Source: Desulfatiglandales bacterium
GTDB lineage: Bacteria > Desulfobacterota > DSM-4660 > Desulfatiglandales > Desulfatiglandaceae
DNA: 64,000 nucleotides
Assembly: GCA_963666345.1 (NCBI GenBank)
Contig: OY762721.1
Location: 3,776,001 to 3,840,000 of the forward strand
Direction: 5' to 3'
Positions 59,027 through 64,000 of the stretch are shown piece by piece (within the stretch, counting starts at the first letter, position 1; each line of letters begins with the position of its first letter). A model generated the notes under the pieces. The model was not told the origin of the DNA. It did no database searches and saw nothing but the letters and a program-made list of their open reading frames with translations. A program made the translations under genes and the position numbers.

Positions 59027-60688
59027 TCAGGAATTGAGAATTTTTTTAGCGCTTTCGTCGTTTACATCGGAGACGTGCGGTATCCCTGTTTCTCGTGAAG
59101 TCTCTCTGTTTCCCGACATCAGATCTCCCCTTGAGACCTGATTCAGCGAAAACTTTCTGGCGCCTGCCATTAGCTGCTGCAGACCGCAGGCAAGCTTGTC
59201 GGCAAGTGTATAGAATGCTATGGCGCCGTATGGGATGTTTTTCATTTCGTCTTTGCCCACCTTTTTCTCCACATCAAAGTAATTGGCAAAGATCTCCTTT
59301 GCGCTGTTACCTATCTGTTTGACGGTCCTGGGCAGTTCGGACCAGTGGCCCCTGAGTTCTCCTCTCCTATCCGGAAAAAGGGCACCTTCGATATTGGATC
59401 CCACGAATCCGGGAATCATTACGGCCCTTCCCATACACACCATCTTGGTAAATGGAGCGCCGAGAGCCAGGGCCTTGAAGATATGATCTTCAAGGGCAAA
59501 TCCTCCCGCAAAGGACATGTCTACAACCCTGTGTCCTTTTGCAGCAAGTATACTGGCGTATTCATATGCCTTTGAGTGGAGATTTATGGACGGCACACCC
59601 CAGCTTTGCATCATGTTCCATGGACTCATTCCGGTTCCTCCGCCTGAACCGTCGATGGTGAGTAGATCCAGTTTGGCATCAGTGGCGAATTTTATCGCCA
59701 TGGCGAGTTCTTCCATGCCGTAGGATCCTGTCTTGAGGGTAATCCTCTTGAACCCCGCATCTCGGAGATAGGCGACGCTGTTCATGAAATCCTCGCGCAC
59801 CTTGTCCCATGAATTAAGATTGGTGGCACCCAGACGGCTGTGGCGGGCAAAGGATTTTATTGAGCCGTTTTCAAAGGCCTGCTGAACCTCTTTCAAGGAC
59901 GGGTCCGGATCCACCACATAACCTCTGTTCTTGAGAAAAAGGGCATAATCAAGACTGGCCACCTGGATTTCACCGCCTATATCCTTTGCCCCCTGTCCCC
60001 ATTTCAGTTCTATGATGCATTTGTCTCCATACTTATCAACCACATATTCGGCGACCCCGTTTCTGGTATCTTCAACGTTAAGCTGCACAATAACCGCCCC
60101 GTATCCATCAAAATAGCGGAGGTATGTTTCAATACGTCTGTCCAGCTCAGGTGAAATCTTGATTTTCCCTTTTCTGTCTTCGCTAGGGCTGATTTCCGAT
60201 TTTCGGTCGACTCCCACGACATTTTCGCCGATTACTATAGGTATTCCCACAAGCGCGCCTCCTATGGCAAAGGAGTCCCAGTATTTTTCCGCGATAAATG
60301 TGGATCCGAGGGCTCCGGTCATAAGCGGTATGCGTGACTTGGTCTTTATCTCATTGCCGAATTGCGTTTCAAGATTTACATTCGGAAAGATACAGTCGTC
60401 CGGATCGGTTGAAAGGCCGTTCGGTACTCCATGAGCGCCGTAGGCATATCCCTGAACGCGGAGCGAGTTGTAGGAAACTCCGACATGGCTGGTGTTATTG
60501 GCGCCAGCGGTTACAAACCCGAAACTTCTCGGATAGAGCAGTTTTCTGCCCACGAGGCTTGAAAGCCATGTCTCGCATTTGCCCTTGCAATCCGCCCGGC
60601 AGAGGGTGCAAAGGCCCGCTTCAGTCGGATTACCCCTGTTGTTTGTGCCCAGTGCGTCGTTACTCTTTGAAAATCTCATGTCTGCCAT
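59027..60688 (-). CDS. FMN-binding glutamate synthase family protein (stand-alone GltB central domain)
   Basis: 'ELKWGQGAK', 'TIDGSGGGTG', 'FKALALGA'; N-terminal Cys cluster. Confidence 0.9.
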   Translation of the reverse strand: MADMRFSKSNDALGTNNRGNPTEAGLCTLCRADCKGKCETWLSSLVGRKLLYPRSFGFVTAGANNTSHVGVSYNSLRVQGYAYGAHGVPNGLSTDPDDCIFPNVNLETQFGNEIKTKSRIPLMTGALGSTFIAEKYWDSFAIGGALVGIPIVIGENVVGVDRKSEISPSEDRKGKIKISPELDRRIETYLRYFDGYGAVIVQLNVEDTRNGVAEYVVDKYGDKCIIELKWGQGAKDIGGEIQVASLDYALFLKNRGYVVDPDPSLKEVQQAFENGSIKSFARHSRLGATNLNSWDKVREDFMNSVAYLRDAGFKRITLKTGSYGMEELAMAIKFATDAKLDLLTIDGSGGGTGMSPWNMMQSWGVPSINLHSKAYEYASILAAKGHRVVDMSFAGGFALEDHIFKALALGAPFTKMVCMGRAVMIPGFVGSNIEGALFPDRRGELRGHWSELPRTVKQIGNSAKEIFANYFDVEKKVGKDEMKNIPYGAIAFYTLADKLACGLQQLMAGARKFSLNQVSRGDLMSGNRETSRETGIPHVSDVNDESAKKILNS

Positions 60689-60891
60689 AATAATTTCTCC
60701 TATTTAAAACCATTTTGTTAGAGGGTAAAAAACTCCATGTTTCCGTAAGACAGAAACAATATTCGCTCTATATGGAAATTTGGCTGTTTCTCCGGTCTTT
60801 TTGCTTCATGCAGAGGAGCAGAATTCTTCAGGAGAACAGGGAGATTAAATTGAAAGAGCGAAAGACCTTTTCACTGACTCATGGCGGGGCA

Positions 60892-60968
60892 TAAAAAAAG
60901 GCGCCTCTCCATAAACGGAAAAGACGCCTTTGTCTTATTCAAGATATGTCACACACGCCATTGTGTGT
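60892..60968 (-). promoter_or_regulatory. ANTAR-type dual-hairpin leader overlapping an intrinsic terminator
   Basis: Minus strand: ACACAC-AATGGC-GTGTGT, 14-nt linker, AAGAC-AAAGGC-GTCTT. Hairpin 2 overlaps terminator AAAGGCGTCTTTTCC..GGAGAGGCGCCTTTTTTT. Confidence 0.82.
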
Positions 60969-61066
60969 AATTAAAACATCACTAAAATATAATCAAAAAT
61001 AATATCAATAAATGCCGTTATGTCAAGTACTTTTTGTTAAAAAGCATCCGAGATTAATATGTCGAA

Positions 61067-61750
61067 CTAATTGCCGAGTTTATTCAGAAGCTCCTTCGAG
61101 ACTTCCTTTACGCCGGGAGTGCCGTCAAGCTCTACTATCTTGGGAACTCCGCCCCTTCCGGCAGATATGCCCTTGTAAAAGATAACCGCGGCCATGGTGC
61201 CTGTTTTGGTATCGTAGTAGATATTGTGTCGCTGATCGATAGCCTCTTCATCCTGATCGTCGCTTCTTGTCTTGAGTTCACCGCCACAGACCCTGCACCT
61301 GTCTCCATCCGGTTTTATCGCGTCGATATAGATATTATTGGGATGGTTGTTGTCATTTACGCACAGGCGCCTTCCCATGATTCGGTTTTTTGCTATCTGA
61401 CGATCAAGTCCCATCTCTATTACTATGTCGATGGTTATGCCTTCCTTTTGGAGGGCCTTATCAAGTTCTTCTGCCTGAGTGAGGTTCCTGGGGAACCCGT
61501 CAAGAAGCCATCCGTTTTTGCAGTCGCCCTCCCTGAGCCGGTCGAGGATCATGGGAATGGTAATAGCGTCAGGCACCAGTTCTCCTCTGTCTATATAACC
61601 CTTTGCCTCTTTACCAAGTTGAGTCTGCCGGGATATGTTTTCCCTGAAAATCACCCCTGTTTCAATATGTGGTATCCCGAATTTATCCTTTACAATAGCT
61701 CCCTGTGTTCCTTTCCCACTGCCGTTGGGTCCGAAAAAGAGTATGTTCAT
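61067..61750 (-). CDS. adk: Adenylate kinase
   Basis: 'GPNGSGKGTQ', 'LDGFPRN', 'RSDD'. Confidence 0.96.
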   Translation of the reverse strand: MNILFFGPNGSGKGTQGAIVKDKFGIPHIETGVIFRENISRQTQLGKEAKGYIDRGELVPDAITIPMILDRLREGDCKNGWLLDGFPRNLTQAEELDKALQKEGITIDIVIEMGLDRQIAKNRIMGRRLCVNDNNHPNNIYIDAIKPDGDRCRVCGGELKTRSDDQDEEAIDQRHNIYYDTKTGTMAAVIFYKGISAGRGGVPKIVELDGTPGVKEVSKELLNKLGN

Positions 61751-61796
61751 TTTCCCCGCTCCTTTCTTGGATTCATTCCTATCCGGAATATAGGAA

Positions 61797-63017
61797 TCAA
61801 GACGCGCCAATAAAGCTGTCAATCATCTCATGACCATTTTCAAAGAAAAGCCCTGATTTGACGGCCTCTTTTTCTGAAAAGGGCCTGTTCTTTGCAGCCT
61901 TGCCGAGTTCCCTTTTGCTGGCCCATGCAAAAGGTGCCGGTTCAGATGTATGGGTTTTTTTGATGACAGGGGTGAAGTGATCACTTGCAACGGCTATCCT
62001 GTAATCATCGAATCGGGCCAATCCCTTGAGCGCGGTACCCACCACCTTTTTATCGAAATCCTGGATCGCCTTTATCTTGTCTTTAAAACTTCCATTATGT
62101 CCCGCCTCATCGGGGGCCTCCACATGGACGAAAACAAAGTCCAGTTCATCAAGACCCTTGAGCGCTGATTCCGCCTTGCCAAGGTAGTTTGTGTCAAGAT
62201 ATCCGGTTGCTCCTTTCACATCGATGGTGCAAAAACCGGCGTAGATGCCAATCCCTTTAAGAAGGTCCACAGCGGAGATTACACCACCCTTAAGCCCGTA
62301 TTTTTTCTCAAAGAGCGGAAGCGTAGGGGCCTTTCCCTCTCCCCAGAGCCAGATGGAATTTGCGGCTGAAAGACCTCTTTCGGCCCTGCTGATATTGACA
62401 GGGTGATCCTTCAGAAGAGGCCATGAGCTTCGTATGATCCCGGGGATCGGATCTTCACCGTTTCCGTTCAGGTATGAGGCCATATCCTGATCCAGGACGT
62501 CATGAGGAGGTATGGTCAGGAGGTTTTCAGGCCCCTTTTTCCATACAAGAAGGTGGCGATAGGCAACACCGGCATAAATCACCGCATCCCTGATTACCAG
62601 TTCATCTGTCAGCGTTTCAACGATGCACCTTGCTTCCGGAGTGGTTATATCCCCTGAGCTGTGGCTCTTCATTACTATCTTACCGCCCTGGCCCCAGTTC
62701 AGGGTAACCAGATTCATCCTGAATGCCATATCATCCTGCCTAAGATTTACTCCCATGCTTGCTGCCTCAAACGGGGATCTTCCGGTATGATAGCGTCCGG
62801 GATCATAGCCCAGAAGACTCAGGTTGGCCACATCGCTTCCTGGTTCCATCCCCTCCGGGATGGTCTTGAGTCTGCCTATCCTGCAAGAGGCTATGCGATC
62901 CATGTTGGGAGTGTGCGCGGCCTCAAGCGGGGTTTTTCCCCCAAGTTCGGAGATGGGGTAATCGGCCATTCCGTCACCGACAAGAAACAGGTGTTTTGTC
63001 TTTTGGTCTGAGGTCAT
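61797..63017 (-). CDS. apgM: Cofactor-independent phosphoglycerate mutase (ApgM type)
   Basis: 'GDGMAD', 'PGSDVAN', 'HVEAPDEAGH', 'SDH'. Confidence 0.92.
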   Translation of the reverse strand: MTSDQKTKHLFLVGDGMADYPISELGGKTPLEAAHTPNMDRIASCRIGRLKTIPEGMEPGSDVANLSLLGYDPGRYHTGRSPFEAASMGVNLRQDDMAFRMNLVTLNWGQGGKIVMKSHSSGDITTPEARCIVETLTDELVIRDAVIYAGVAYRHLLVWKKGPENLLTIPPHDVLDQDMASYLNGNGEDPIPGIIRSSWPLLKDHPVNISRAERGLSAANSIWLWGEGKAPTLPLFEKKYGLKGGVISAVDLLKGIGIYAGFCTIDVKGATGYLDTNYLGKAESALKGLDELDFVFVHVEAPDEAGHNGSFKDKIKAIQDFDKKVVGTALKGLARFDDYRIAVASDHFTPVIKKTHTSEPAPFAWASKRELGKAAKNRPFSEKEAVKSGLFFENGHEMIDSFIGAS

Positions 63018-63061
63018 GTCTATTTCACTATGGAAAGCCCGGTCCTTGGGGTCGGGTTTTT

Positions 63062-64000
63062 TTATTGATTATTATCGTGTCGTTGTCTTTCAACCCTTAT
63101 CATTATGGTCTTGGCGGTCAGCACATCAAGCTCTTCCATCATTGAAAGGGCCTTTCTCACATCCTTTTCTTTTGCCTCGTGCGTCATCATTACAACAGGC
63201 ACGGAGCCGTTCAGATCCCTGCCTTTCTGAATAACCGAATAGAGACTTATATTGTTTCGTCCCAGGACACCTGAGATCTTAGAGAGAACCCCGGGCCTGT
63301 CAATGGCTGAAAATCTGAAATAGTAGGGGGAACGTAGTTCCTCCAGAGGCTGAATCCCGGCCCTTTTTTCAGAACATCTGGCATGGGCCAGCGGCAGCAT
63401 GAAACCTCTTATCCCCAGCCTGATCTGCCTTGCGAGCTCTATGATATCGGAGGCCACAGCGCTTCCCGTTGGCTTTTTCCCCGCCCCCAGGCCGTAGAAT
63501 AGATTAGGACCGACAAAATCACCTTCAAGGTAAATCGCATTAAATGCATCATTGACATTGGCGAGGATGTGGTCTTTTGGAATCATGACTGGATGAACCC
63601 TTGCCTCGACCATGTCTCCCTGGTTTCTAGCGATTGCGAGAAGTTTCAGGCTGTAGCCGAATTCTGTTCCATACCCGATATCATCCGGCGTGATTTCCGT
63701 GATCCCCTCCCTGTAGATATCATTGAAAGATACGGGATAGCCGAGTATGAGAGAAGTGAGTATGGCGATCTTGTGCGCGGCGTCAGTCCCGTCGACATCC
63801 AGATCCGGAGGGTCCTCCGCAAACCCCAGTTTGACTGCTTCACCGACCGCCTCGGAGTAGGTTATGCCATCCTGCGTCATCTTTGTGAGAATATAGTTGG
63901 AGGTCCCGTTCAATATGCCCATTATTGTCCGGATCCGATTGGCGGAAAGGCCTCTTCTCAATGCCCCGATTATGGGGATGCCCCCCCCGACGCTTGCTTC
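63062..64000 (-). CDS. hom: Homoserine dehydrogenase with ACT domain (5' end outside window)
   Basis: 'ASVGGGIPII', 'GILNGTSNYIL', 'DVDGTDAAHK', 'GAGKKPTGSAV'; ACT 'DRPGVL'. Confidence 0.96.
   Translation of the reverse strand, partial: EASVGGGIPIIGALRRGLSANRIRTIMGILNGTSNYILTKMTQDGITYSEAVGEAVKLGFAEDPPDLDVDGTDAAHKIAILTSLILGYPVSFNDIYREGITEITPDDIGYGTEFGYSLKLLAIARNQGDMVEARVHPVMIPKDHILANVNDAFNAIYLEGDFVGPNLFYGLGAGKKPTGSAVASDIIELARQIRLGIRGFMLPLAHARCSEKRAGIQPLEELRSPYYFRFSAIDRPGVLSKISGVLGRNNISLYSVIQKGRDLNGSVPVVMMTHEAKEKDVRKALSMMEELDVLTAKTIMIRVERQRHDNNQ

Noticed and set aside
1..64000. CRISPR array, cas genes, integron integrase, rRNA
   Set aside because: I saw no regularly spaced repeat-spacer units, no tyrosine recombinase motifs and no rRNA-like sequence.

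Overview
The window looks like a chromosome segment of an anaerobic Desulfobacterota/deltaproteobacterium-like organism (inferred from gene content). Bases 1-17.7 kb are an accessory region organised as a decaying integron gene-cassette array: all cassette genes are on the + strand and are separated by about 7 attC-like sites, with no integrase inside the window. The cassettes carry a stand-alone Abi/DRT-type reverse transcriptase, a SIR2-APAZ + short prokaryotic Argonaute (SPARSA-type) pair, a DUF1016 fragment, two Phd/ParE-RelE toxin-antitoxin pairs, MscS, an aldehyde:ferredoxin oxidoreductase-like gene and an alpha/beta hydrolase. The array is riddled with mobile DNA: IS1182, IS200, IS630, IS4, group II intron remnants and MITEs. 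Several of these sit precisely at the attC GTT core. Bases 17.8-64 kb are mostly core or metabolic genes: an Mla-like ABC system, radical SAM, UxaA/SAF, a divergent AAA+/vWA trio, a hybrid kinase, proC, fhs, a benzoyl-CoA-reductase/Hgd-like four-gene set, thiolase, CoA ligase, uvrB, ispF, gmhA, HU, selA, tRNA-His, a glutamate synthase domain gene with an ANTAR-type leader, adk, apgM and hom. This part also contains dispersed repeats. All calls come from reading motifs by eye; no database searches were run.
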